A stretch of DNA of 64,000 nucleotides, from the NCBI RefSeq assembly GCF_963676685.1, contig NC_092347.1:34348001-34412000 (forward strand). Direction: 5' to 3'. This document shows, in pieces, positions 41,437 to 53,168 of this stretch. Within the stretch, counting starts at the first letter, position 1. Every line of letters starts with the position of its first letter. The position numbers and the translations under genes are program-made. A model generated the notes under the pieces. That model made no database searches. It saw only the letters and a list, made by a program, of their open reading frames with translations, and was not told where the DNA came from. This DNA comes from Mytilus edulis (lineage: Eukaryota).

Positions 41437-43562
41437 CACGGGGGGGGGGGGGGGGGTAACTTCGATATTTTTTTGGTAGGGGTGTGCCATTTTTGCCAAA
41501 AAAAACGTACCCATTTTAATATAACATTCACTGAAATTCAGTACCTATAGTTATATAAATATTTAAGAAAGAATGACCTATACTTATATATAATATTTAA
41601 AATATGACCTCAAAACGTTATTGAAGATCAAATCAGGAGACAAATTTCCGGGGTTTATTTGGGAACTTATTTGAAAGGTGAACTTTCAAATGAAATGATT
41701 TAATTTAATATAATAATTGACCATTAATAATGTAAGATTCTCAATAGCATATTTATATATGATATGTAGATCCAGGAACATATGTGTTAGATATACTGTT
41801 CCCAGGTTTACATCCCAGCTCCTTTGTTCTAACAGGGGTGATCTGAGTCGGATCACCCCAACCAGATCACCCCAGTTTAAGTTTCTTTGTTATGCATGCT
41901 TTCCTTTGTTCTGTAACATTTTGGCGGGAATGTCAAATCCAGTATAAAACTTAAAACTAAATATACGGTGAAGACTATCTATCAAAATTCACGTAGAAAA
42001 AATCCAATATATATGCTGGGATTCGAACTCAAGACCTTAAGCATATCAAGCCACGACACATACCACTTCACCAGGACGACTGGATACGAACTAATAGAAA
42101 TTTAACATACTTAAAGGAAGCAAGATATTTTTATAACTGGGGCGAGTTGGCAGACCTTTACTCAGTGGTGTTTAAACCCTTTTCGTTTAATAAATGAGTT
42201 GTCAGACTGATTGTTCAATTTGATTTTGCACTTTTTAAAAGTTGGGGGAGTCGGTTACAAGAATGGGGCGATTTTTTAATAAAGTGGCGATATAGTGTGG
42301 GCCGATTGGCCACTGGGCGAGTTGACATTGTTTGATATCTAATCATCGTGCTAGGGGGTCATAAAGGGTATACATCATATAGTAATATTTAAAGTATGTT
42401 ATAATGGTTGTGTGGCGTTCTAAACTAGATTTTATGAATTGTAAATGGTTTTTCGTCTAATCTAAATCAGCTGGGATGTAAAATAGTTATCCCATTCGGA
42501 CTTGGTGTGTCAGTGTAAGACTGATCACCCTCTGGCCTCTGGCCATCGGGATGATCTTACACTGACACCCGGCGTCCTTATGGGATAACTATTAATTACA
42601 TCCCAGCTCCTTTGTTCTAACAGGGGTGATCTGAGTCGGATCACCCCAACCAGATCACCCCAGTTTAAGTTTCTTTGTTATGCATGCTTTCCTTTGTTCT
42701 GTAACATTTTGGCGGGAATGTCAAATCCAGTATAAAACTTATAACTAAATATACGGTGAAGACTATCTATCAAAATTCACGTAGAAAAAATCCAATATAT
42801 ATGCTGGGATTCGAACTCAAGACCTTAAGCATATCAAGCCACGACACATACCACTTCACCAGGACGACTGGATACGAACTAATAGAAATTTAACATACTT
42901 AAAGGAAGCAAGATATTTTTATAACTGGGGCGAGTTGGCAGACCTTTACTCAGTGGTGTTTAAACCCTTTTCGTTTAATAAATGAGTTGTCAGACTGATT
43001 GTTCAATTTGATTTTGCACTTTTTAAAAGTTGGGGGAGTCGGTTACAAGAATGGGGCGATTTTTTAATAAAGTGGCGATATAGTGTGGGCCGATTGGCCA
43101 CTGGGCGAGTTGACATTGTTTGATATCTAATCATCGTGCTAGGGGGTCATAAAGGGTATACATCATATAGTAATATTTAAAGTATGTTATAATGGTTGTG
43201 TGGCGTTCTAAACTAGATTTTATGAATTGTAAATGGTTTTTCGTCTTATCTAAATCAGCTGGGATGTAAAATAGTTATCCCATTCGGACTTGGTGTGTCA
43301 GTGTAAGACTGATCACCCTCTGGCCTCTGGCCATCGGGATGATCTTACACTGACACACCGCGTCCTTATGGGATAACTATTAAAGATCATACCCCAAATC
43401 AATATACAGTTATAATCAATATACAGTTATCAAACGTAAATGCATTTTAATATAGGATGTCATTAAAAAGGAGGGTCATTCTTATATAAAATCTCGCAAA
43501 ATTATGACCCATATTTTTGGCACATCCCCGTATACCCAATAAGAGGAAGTTACCCCTCCGTG
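41437..43562. mobile_element. hAT-type MITE with 8-bp TSD hosting nested insertions
   Basis: CATAAAAC|CACGG(G)nGTAACTT ... AAGTTACCCCTCCGTG|CATAAAAC. Confidence 0.8.
41808..43383. mobile_element. Head-to-tail dimer of a 788-bp non-coding element (tyrosine-recombinase Crypton/DIRS-like, or rolling-circle type)
   Basis: Units 41808-42595 and 42596-43383 differ at about five sites; nested inverted repeats TTACATCCCAGCT/AGCTGGGATGTAA and AATAGTTATCCCA/TGGGATAACTATT; no TSD. Confidence 0.8.
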
Positions 43563-46315
43563 CATAAAACTTGAAGGTCGACCACCTCTATATCATAGTA
43601 CTACTATATATACCGACTGAAAAATATGCACAGTGTCACTGACTTTCAGTACTTAAAGTTAAATGTAAATCCCGTTAGTAGTCAGTATTTCCATAAGACA
43701 GCAACCAGACAACAACACAAGGCCAAAAGAAAATTAAAAAGGAAAAGACATCTTATGATATGCATTTGACTGGGGAGGGGGGGGGGGGTACAGGGGTCCT
43801 GATCCCGAAATCCCGGACTTAAAAACATGAAATCCCGAGGTCCCCAATTTATAGAAATTTCAATCCCGCCATACCGAAATTCGAAAAAAGAATAGCCGGA
43901 TCCATAAAGGATCAATCCCGAAATCCCGTGCTTAAATCACCCGATCCCGGAGTCCCGTTTAAGGTCCCCCTCATTTGTGTAGATGGACTAAATAACAAAA
44001 CACAATATTACCAGTCATGTCTCAGCTTGTGTGCGATTGTTTTTTTCTTTTTTTTTCGGTTGGGGAAGGGGGGTATTTTTGTAGGCATATTAAACATAAA
44101 TATGTGCATCTGTTTTTATGTCATATCTCAACCTCCGTATATTTGGTTTCCTCGGAAATTTTTTTACACGATGTATTTTCTGGAAAATACACTGTACTAC
44201 AAAGACCGTGCAATGTCTTGAGAGAAAGCGAAATTCAGAGAGAGATGCACATTAATTTATTGTCACATATAGTTAGATCTCAAAGGGAGTTGCAGAATAA
44301 CGGATACTGGCGAATGTCAAAATTGAACAAAAAAGTTTGCAAAATTATGAAGAATAATAACGGAAAATAAAATAATTATTTAATATAATAGTGTAGACCA
44401 TGTACAGAATTAAGAAATCATGTCATGATAGAAGAATTTTACCAAATCGTTAATTGAAGATTTTACAAAATCGTTAATTGAAGATTTTACAGAATAAGTG
44501 TTACATTTAAAGATAAAGAACATTTAGGTCAACACTTCATATGGACCCTTAAAAATCGTTGGATTATCTCGGTGTTGCTGGTCAGTAATGAATAAAAAAT
44601 CACTGGTCAATTTAAAGGTTGTTGTAAGTGATGCAATATATTCTTATTTTCCTGTTCCCCTTATGTAACTTCAAGTTTTATTAAAGTTTACATTCATCAA
44701 AGCCTTAGTTTAATTTAGTTTCCTGTCATTACTACCCCCCCCCCCCCTTTTCCCCTTTTTTTTGTCGCATGTTGTGTATCATGTACTGATTCAATATATA
44801 CTTCGAGCATACATATGTACACTTATGGAACAATAACCATTTAGTAAACTTTTTAAAACGTTTTTGTAGACTTGTTTTCTTGTTAACTTGAAGATGTATA
44901 AATAACCACACGACACTCTTTCAAGAATTTGTAGAATCATTGATATAATGTTTGTTTATTTATATATGTTATGTTAAGCAGCAGTATATGGACAGAACAC
45001 GTTCTGTCGTGATGTAGTACCAAAACACAAGCTATTACATGTTCCGCTGCTTTTTTCAAAAATGGCCAAATCATATATCGGAACGGAGAAAAAGTGTAAA
45101 CAGATGACTTACAAGATAGTCTAAGAGATATATGAATCGGTTACCCAAAAATGACAAAGTTCAACTATCTCTCATTAGAGCAAATATTAATAAAAACCCT
45201 GACCACATGCAAACAGGCAGCAAAGTACGTTCTAGGATTCAAACTGTCTAGATGTTTTACGGAATAGCTATAAACTATAATGGGGGACGCACGGAAGGAC
45301 GGGCGGCCAGACGGAATGACAGACGGACAGACGTACAGTGGTAGTTGAGGGGGGAGGGGGGGGGGGGGGCATAAAAAATATAGATTCAAGTACATCTTTT
45401 ATTGCGTCAACTTGTAGACAGTAAACCTGATGATTTCTATTTTAAGTTTTTACCATTTTTGCGTTCATGTACTTACAACGTATTTTTGTCTGAATTAGTA
45501 ATTGTTTTAGATATGTATATTGATAATGGACATACATGTATCACATTTTTTACAACGTATAATTTCTTTTTAAAATGTTCCATAAAAGAGGGTCTGATTG
45601 GGGTTGACGGAATACAGAATAATGGGCAAAAATTGCAGAATAAAATGCAAAAAAGAAAAAAAAAGAAAAAGTGTATAATGGGGTGCTAAAATATAAAGAA
45701 TAAAGAATATTTGTAATACCAAATAAAAATTTATGATAATTATCCAGACTCTTATGAGAAAAAAGAATCTATCAATAAGAAACACATAATCATAGTGCAT
45801 AACCAACACGAAGAACGTTGGAAATTATTAGCATGATAACTTGACGTTACGTAATAACAACTACGACGTCACGAATTTTTATGGGTTTTTTTTGCCAAAA
45901 TGTTGGGTTTGCGTCGCTTCTACAGGGAAAACGAAGTCGGTGACCATATTTTTTTTAATATCATCTAATTCGTAAGACAAAGAGGAAAAAAATATTAATT
46001 TAGAAAAAAAATTCTATGGAGCGGTTCTCGTGATTTATACAAGAAACCGAAAATTGCAGAAGAAAAATACAGATTAACCCTATATATTCAATGTAATTTA
46101 GTACCCTCTCGGACCATTTTAAAAATGGATTTTTCTTGAAAACGAAGTCGGTGACATATACTTTTTTTTACATTTTCTGATGTATGTTTTCAATATCTAA
46201 TTGAGTTCTAAATTTTAAAAAAATCTATGGAGTATGGACTAGTTTATTTACTGATCCTTGACCATAAGTTAACACCCTCCTTAAAATACGTTCTGGGTCT
46301 GTTTTAATTGCTTAC

Positions 46316-46400
46316 CTTTCTTACTTCGACATGAACTTTCAGCATTAACATATACAGTAGCAAAACAGACAAATACCAAGGACACCAACATTTCAATCAT
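46316..46400 (-). CDS. C1q-domain-containing gene, exon 1 (signal peptide)
   Basis: MIEMLVSLVFVCFATVYVNA-ESSCRSKK then G|GTAAGC phase-1 donor, matching the phase-1 acceptor at 39402; intron of ~6.9 kb. Confidence 0.75.
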
Positions 46401-47246
46401 TCAGATGTGTGTTACTACTGTAACACAAACAAAACACCCCGATTCAGGAAAGGGAACAGTTTTATGGGTGTGATTTAAACAAATAATGCCATGTTTGCGT
46501 GTAAACTGCATGAAATCTGATAGTTTAAAAAAAGAAACAGCTTGTCAGGTGTATAACCCGAAATATGTTAGAAGTTGAACTATAGAAAATTCCTTTAGTT
46601 TGTTTGTCATGATTTCCGAAAAAAAGGTGTTCAAAGAATAAATTTACCCGGCAGACTAATACATTTTTTAGCATAACAGATTTTATAGATACCCAATTCA
46701 TTACCCTTTGACCACATTTTCTTTAGTGAACTCATTTTTGAATAGAATTGAAAAGAAGTGAAATTTTAGCATAGTAATCTATTGAAGTTAATTTCAGGTC
46801 AAGTAAGATTTTTACCTCAATTCAATAATTCATGAATGAAGAATTATGCTCCTTGACACTGCTCAAATGAAATTTGGGTTGCAAGGATATTAAGTTGTTT
46901 TTTCCATACTCATATGGAAGGCCTTGTTTATTTTTATTGTGGTAATTCACAGTTTATAGTGAAACATACTCGAAATGTACAAAAACAACCTTTTAGTCTT
47001 TTAGTTTTTATTGGCTTTAAATCTGAATTCATTAACTGAGAGTACTCTTAGACTTATTTTAGAGCTCACATGTCTATTGTTTTTATGATAGTGGGTTTTC
47101 TGCACCATACCGATCTGTTGAGTAAAACCAATTGCAAATAACTGATTTTTATAGTGTGTTTTTTAGTTATGTTGTGCTGTGACATCATTGTCCTAGATAA
47201 GGGGGAGAGTTGAGACTCGCTCACAATCAGACTTACCCTCGTCACA

Positions 47247-47335
47247 AAAAGGCACTTGTCTCAGATTTACTCCCCCTATACACCTTATATAACACGTATA
47301 TCTAGGGAAACAAAATTCTGGGACAAGTGCCTGTG
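47247..47335. mobile_element. Palindromic mini-MITE with 8-bp TSD (family of 28451-28545)
   Basis: TCGTCACA| ... AAGTGCCTGTG|TCGTCACA. Confidence 0.75.
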
Positions 47336-49729
47336 TCGTCACATTCTATATGTGCCTATCTCTAGTCGGCAGCCTGTAGTGCAATGTGTGTGTCGTTGGT
47401 TCACGTCTGCCATGTTTTTTTATTCTTCATAAATTAGGCCATTAGTTATCTCATTGTTCACATATTTTATCCAAGGGTCTTTTAAAGCCGACAATACGGT
47501 ATGGATATTTACAATATGCCGCGTTCTAAATCAACCGGAATATAGGAGAGATGTGAATAAATTTAAAAGAGACTACAAAAGTCGACACTTTATATTCAGT
47601 AAATAAACAACATCAGCGTGATCGTATTTGTTTGGTTCCAACCCAAATGAAAAGAGTCGGTTGAAGTATGTGCATGCACAAGCACCGTTGGAAAAAATAG
47701 CAGGGGCGGATCCAGCCATTTTAAAAAGATTCCAACACCCGAACCCCCCCCCCCCCCCCCCCCCCCCCCTTGATCCGCCACTGACTATTGTCATTTGGCC
47801 AGGGAAAACAATCAATGAGATAAATAATTTTATAGAGAGAAATAAATCACTTCGTTAATCGTTAATATTTTTTTTATTGCATAACTTGACTTTTCAAAAC
47901 ATATCTATAACATTTCAAGTTCCACAATGTAAGGTATAGCACATCTATAATGTGTATGATATTGTGCATGGTAGCAGTAGGATAAAAGATTGAACTTTTT
48001 ACGAATATCTCGATATCATAAAAATTATACTGGTCTCTGTGTTTATTTTCATTAATCGATTATTATCTAATACATTTATTTGTACATGTAATTTGTGTGT
48101 TGATTTATTAAGTGTTTTACAATTAATATCATAATGTATATGTCAATATTATTGCATATAAAAAACAACTAAAACGGCAATAAAATTAATCATTTTTACA
48201 ACTTACAAGAATGATATGGTTTGATCTACAGGCTCAGCTAATTATCATCAAGAAGTATAACCGGTTTCGAAAAAGAAATCAGTTAACTTTGAATAAACTT
48301 ATCCTAAAAAGTTATCAATTTAACCCCGTAGCAAGATCTTAAAGTTTGAATATTATTTTCGTCGGTTCTTATATTGATTTTGTTTTCGACAAAATAAAAC
48401 AGAACATGTATGTGTTGCTATATATTTGTGAAAACTTTAAAGAAACACTTTTTTGCATCATAACCCGTTCAAGGCTGTTTGTTAACTGTTGATGAGCTTG
48501 CGTTATCTTTATTGTCATGCAAGTTGAAATGAATAATCTAAAATGCTCATATGCAGAGAGCATGGAGACAGCTACCCAAAAGTTGTTCGTTACCTTGAGT
48601 ACTACCGTCCGACAGTAAAACCGATGTGTATGAGGTATCCGCTACCTGAATTTCTCCTTTTCGGCAGTAAGATCATTCGCTACACGAGCTTACAAAAATA
48701 ATTAGATAATTATGAGTCAGAAAGAGCGTTGTTACAAGGGCATCTTCTACCTGACCATCTCTTGTCGGACAAGAAAAGCGTTGCTTTAGGGCCGGGTTGT
48801 CTTGGGACTTTTTGATGAAGACTGCTACCGTCTGATAGTTATAGTCTTGACACCACGATACAGTGTCTTTGTTGTCCAATGTATTAATTCCAGTTGGAAA
48901 TGATCATCGTTGTGAATAGTTCATTGACATCGCAGTAACTCATTACTAGATAATGTTTTGGTACAATTTCCTACCTCATGTTCACCCCGAGTCAAAATTT
49001 CATAAACTATGCATTAAGACTAGCAGACTACCAACGTTGAGAGTCTATCTTATCTATGATATAAATTGTATAGTTGTTTTTGTCTTGATTTATACATGAA
49101 ATAGTTGCCGCTGCACGATAAGCAAACTGTGACATTATCAGGCAAGAATTATAAAGATAAATTTTTGATAACCTTAATAAAAAATTTCGAAAGTACTGAA
49201 GAGCTGAGTTCAAAGGTTATTGTTTTTATAATTTAATAGAACCTTTGTTAATTGTATTTAATTGGAACATTCGTTTCGTTTGAATGGCAGTTTTAAATTG
49301 TAGAGGGCACAGCCAAAAGTTCCGCCTTAGTGAAATCCTAGATAACGAGGATGGGTTAAACCTTATGAAAGTCAAATATCTAGTTCGTTTTATTTTGACG
49401 AGCATCTTTTTGTTGTTACAGTTGTGGTCCACATTTATATGAAAATTGCAGATAACACTGAATTTGGTTTAACCTTCAATGCAATTAAAATGTAGATCTC
49501 TGAATTCGTTCTCCCCAACTGAATTTTAATCAGAGTGTGTGACCTTCAATGCACGGTAATGAGTTGTATTTTAACTTAAAATAAAGGAAATTATTAAACT
49601 AAAAACATAACTATCTACTTATATAAGTTATTATAATTCGTGAGAAAAAAAATCATCATGCAAGTATGCAGACAAAAATATTCCAGTTTTTGGAAATATA
49701 AATATCTAACATTCTACTCTTATTGTACG

Positions 49730-49956
49730 GGCCAATGAGATTGATCGGCGAAATAAACAAGGTAGCGATTTATTGTTTGTCAAATGACCATCTTGACATT
49801 TATTGGTCTGATTATAATTTATTACAAAAAAAATAATTAGATAATTATGAGTCAGAGACCAGTGTACTTATTTGATCTACCCTATAAAAGGAATCTAGCC
49901 ATAGCATGATTGATCAAACTCTTCAAAGGACTTAATACAAGCGCACACATTTCAAT
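49730..49956 (+). promoter_or_regulatory. Pol II promoter and non-coding exon 1 of the secreted peptide gene
   Basis: CCAAT at ~49732, AP-1 consensus TGAGTCA 49848-49854, TATAAAAG 49883-49890, Inr-like TCA ~30 nt downstream, donor CAAT|GTAAGT at 49956/49957. Confidence 0.65.
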
Positions 49957-50227
49957 GTAAGTATTAATTTTCTGTGCTCTGGATTATGAGTTCTTTAAAT
50001 GATTTCATTTTTTCATACTTTCATTTCAATTACTCTCTTACACTATCTGAACACACATAAAAAGTAGTTTTAAAAGTATTTTTTAAAGTCAAGTTTACAC
50101 CATAAATTAACTGTCATGAATACGTTTATTTTGTTTGCTACACAAAATGGTATTTTGAATAAGAGATGAATCAAACACTTCTCCTCGGTGTCAAAATTTC
50201 ACTTGAAAACCCATGCCATGATATCAA

Positions 50228-50700
50228 GTGATCCGGAAGGATAAGCAGATCCTGTTCCACATATGACACCTGTCGTGTTACTCTTGTAAGTACAAACATG
50301 TTGATCAGTCAAATTCGGTTGATCACATTCGAAGATAAGATGACCGGATTATGGGTTCAATTCGAACATATCAAATTGAATTCTCATCTGATAAACAGAT
50401 TTTCCATAACTCGTGATGGTGTCAGAGTTTTTTGAAGGAACTCTTTGTTTAATAACTTCATTGAAGGTAGTAACCCTATGTGAAAGAAATCAGATAAAAC
50501 ATGCAAGCACTGGAATATCGCTTTAAATGGAGATATATACATGTTGGCTCTGCTTGAATATTGCTACATAGAAAGTAAAAGATTACAAATATGAAACTGA
50601 AATCATCTCCTGTCGCAAAGTATTATTCCGAACAAGCCATCATTACAATTTCTAGGTGTAAGTCAATGTAATCCTTTGATGAAGACTTGACTGTATCTGT
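50228..50700 (-). mobile_element. Decayed Penelope-like retroelement fragment in intron 1
   Basis: Minus-strand degenerate remnants resembling Penelope RT C-terminal motifs (DDFSF..V..F.CSNI, VYIS...RYS, HHEL). Confidence 0.55.
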
Positions 50701-50783
50701 TGTATCCTTTATTACAAGTTCGGTGGAACTAACATTCAGTGCATTATGTTTCAAATACTTTTATTTTTGTTTGACAGCACATC

Positions 50784-51827
50784 ATGTCGATGGCGAGGAG
50801 ATTGTGTATGCTGGTTCTATTGGTTTTGTTTATAATGTCACTGGCGGATGCCTATGTTATATACAGAAGATACTACGCACCAAGATATTACAGATCATAT
50901 GCTCCTAGGTCCATCATTTACACCGACGATCTAGATGATATAGACCCTGTGTATTTTAGAAAAGGTAGGCTGATAATTTGTTTCTCTCCAACAAATATAA
51001 ATAACTGATCAGTTAAAGGTTCTGGATCGCATTAACAAATTATTTACTGTTAAAATAAGTTATCAATATTTGATGTAACAGTACACAAAATTTAATGGAC
51101 AGAACAACCAACTACATCTTACAAACGGGACTGGCTTTCCAACACCATCACAGCATGAAAGACAATACAAATTGTAAATTAGCCGTTCTAACCGGAAAGT
51201 TCAAATGTAAACTTATAATATGCTCTTCTGTAAATAGAGAGAATGCAATTTCCCTTTACGGCTGGAACTGTGCCAGTTTTAGTATGAAGTTTCGTAAAAA
51301 AATATTTACTTGAATGGAAAGTTGATATGCAGTTGCTATTTTATTCAATTTTTGAAAGTTCAAAACATAGGGATGTGCAGCAAATTTTTAACATTTATAT
51401 GCTCCGAACTTTTAAGTTTAAATTGAATTGAATTTGGTACTACCCTCCCTTCACTTTTGATCTTCCTCAGAATTCAATTTCAATGCTATCAATTTGTTTT
51501 ATACTGGTATCCTTCCCAACTTATGTCTCTATGAGACGAAACATAGATTTCATATCTGAGAATCAGTACGGTAACAAAACAAAATATCTCACCAAAAGAG
51601 GCAAAGTTTGTAAAACAGCCGTATTTACAAAGTGCTATGTTTATAGTAGACGCTGAAGGGGATATATCATTTATATGCATACAAGGCTGAAATAATTGAA
51701 ACTTGTCATTTTACGAATTTGAAGGAACTATTATGGTAACAGCAGAGTGTATTCTATTAAGTTTTAGTGAAGAATAATCTTAACCGATATATAAATGAAT
51801 ATTGATTTTTTTTCATTTGAAGGTTAA
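50784..51827 (+). CDS. Small secreted Tyr/Arg-rich peptide precursor, 61 aa; join(50784..50964,51823..51827)
   Basis: Acceptor TTTGTTTGACAG| at 50777; signal peptide MSMARRLCMLVLLVLFIMSLADA; mature YVIYRRYYAPRYYRSYAPRSIIYTDDLDDIDPVYFRKG; donor G|GTAGGC at 50964; acceptor TTTTTTTCATTTGAAG| at 51822; AATAAA at 51945. Confidence 0.75.
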
Positions 51828-52234
51828 TGGATGAAGAAGACACAGAATAATTCATTATCATGGAACATCTCATCACTCTATCACCTGACAGCTTCGTTCT
51901 TCATCTAGTCATGTAAAGATGAAGATATTTATTTTTTTGTATTAAATAAAAAAAATACCTTCAATTTGTTTGAATTTCATTGAACCAGTATTTTCAGTAT
52001 GAAATTATTATGAATATATAAATATATATCTAGTTGAAAAAAAGAGAAAATGATAGATATAAAAAGGAAGATGTGGTATAATTGCCAAATGAGACAACTA
52101 TCCACAAAAGACCAAAATAACACCGACATTAACTAGTTTAGGAAGAGGGTTATAGGAATCATCCGGTCTGTAAGGTAACTTTAGCTCCTAAATAGATGGA
52201 AAGATATTGATGAAAATTCCTAATGTAGAAGTCG

Positions 52235-53168
52235 AATACTTGTCATTTAACCAAGAAAATCCCCATGCACACAACACTTGTCGTTGGACCAAGAAAACCC
52301 CAATGCTACAACACTTGTCATTGAACCAAGAAAAGCATAATGTTACACTTGTCGATGAACCAAAAAAATCCCCATGCTACAACACTTGTCATTGAACCAA
52401 GAAAACCCCAGGCTACAACTCTTGTCATTAAACCAAGAAAAACCCCATGCTACAACACTTGTCATTTAACCAAAACAATCCCCTTGCTTCAACACTTGTC
52501 AACGAAGAAAGATCGCAACCATGCTACAACACTTGTAATTGAACCAAGAAAAAATCCATGCTACAACACTTGTCATTGAACCACGAAAATCCCCATGCTA
52601 AAACACTTGTCATTGAACTAAGACAATCCCTATGCTACAACACTTGTCATGAACCAAGAAAATCCCCATGCTACAACACTTGTCATGAACCAAGAAAATC
52701 CCCATGCTACAACACTTGTCTTTGAACGAAAACAATCACCATGCTACAATACTTGTCATTGAACCAAGAAGTTCACTATGCTACAACACTTGTCATTGAA
52801 CCAAGAAAACCCTATGCTACAACACTTGTCATTGAACCAAGAAATTCACCATGCTGTAACACTTGTCAATGAAAAAAGAAAATTACCTTGCTCTAAACAC
52901 TTGTCAATGAAATAAGAAAATCACCATGCTACAACACTAATCATTGAACCAAGAAATTCACCATAATACAACACTTGTAAATGAAATAAGAAAGTTTAAT
53001 ACAATGCTACAACACTTGTCATTCGACTAAGAAAAATCATCATGCTACAACACTTTTTAATGAAACAAGAAAATTACCTTGCCCTAAAATTTGTCATTGT
53101 ATCAAGAAGATTGTCATGGTTTATTACTCATCATTGAACCAAGAAAATAACCTTCCTACAACACTTGG
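52235..53168 (+). repeat. ~37-38-bp minisatellite, >20 copies
   Basis: TGCTACAACACTTGTCATTGAACCAAGAAAATCCCCA units, degenerating toward the edges. Confidence 0.92.

Noticed and set aside
45113-45120. 8-nt micro-exon (AG|ACTATCTT|GTAAGT, minus) in the C1q intron
   Set aside because: Inclusion would shift the frame relative to the phase-1 acceptor at 39402
51823-51850. Acidic extension LMDEEDTE* as the C-terminus of the secreted peptide
   Set aside because: It needs a phase-2 upstream donor, but the donor at 50964 is phase 1 and gives G-stop; it would only apply if an unseen exon or indel exists
52235-53168. CRISPR-like ~37-bp repeats
   Set aside because: Units are contiguous with no unique spacers, there are no cas genes, and the context is eukaryotic; this is a minisatellite, and its ORFs (52207-52579) are repeat translations
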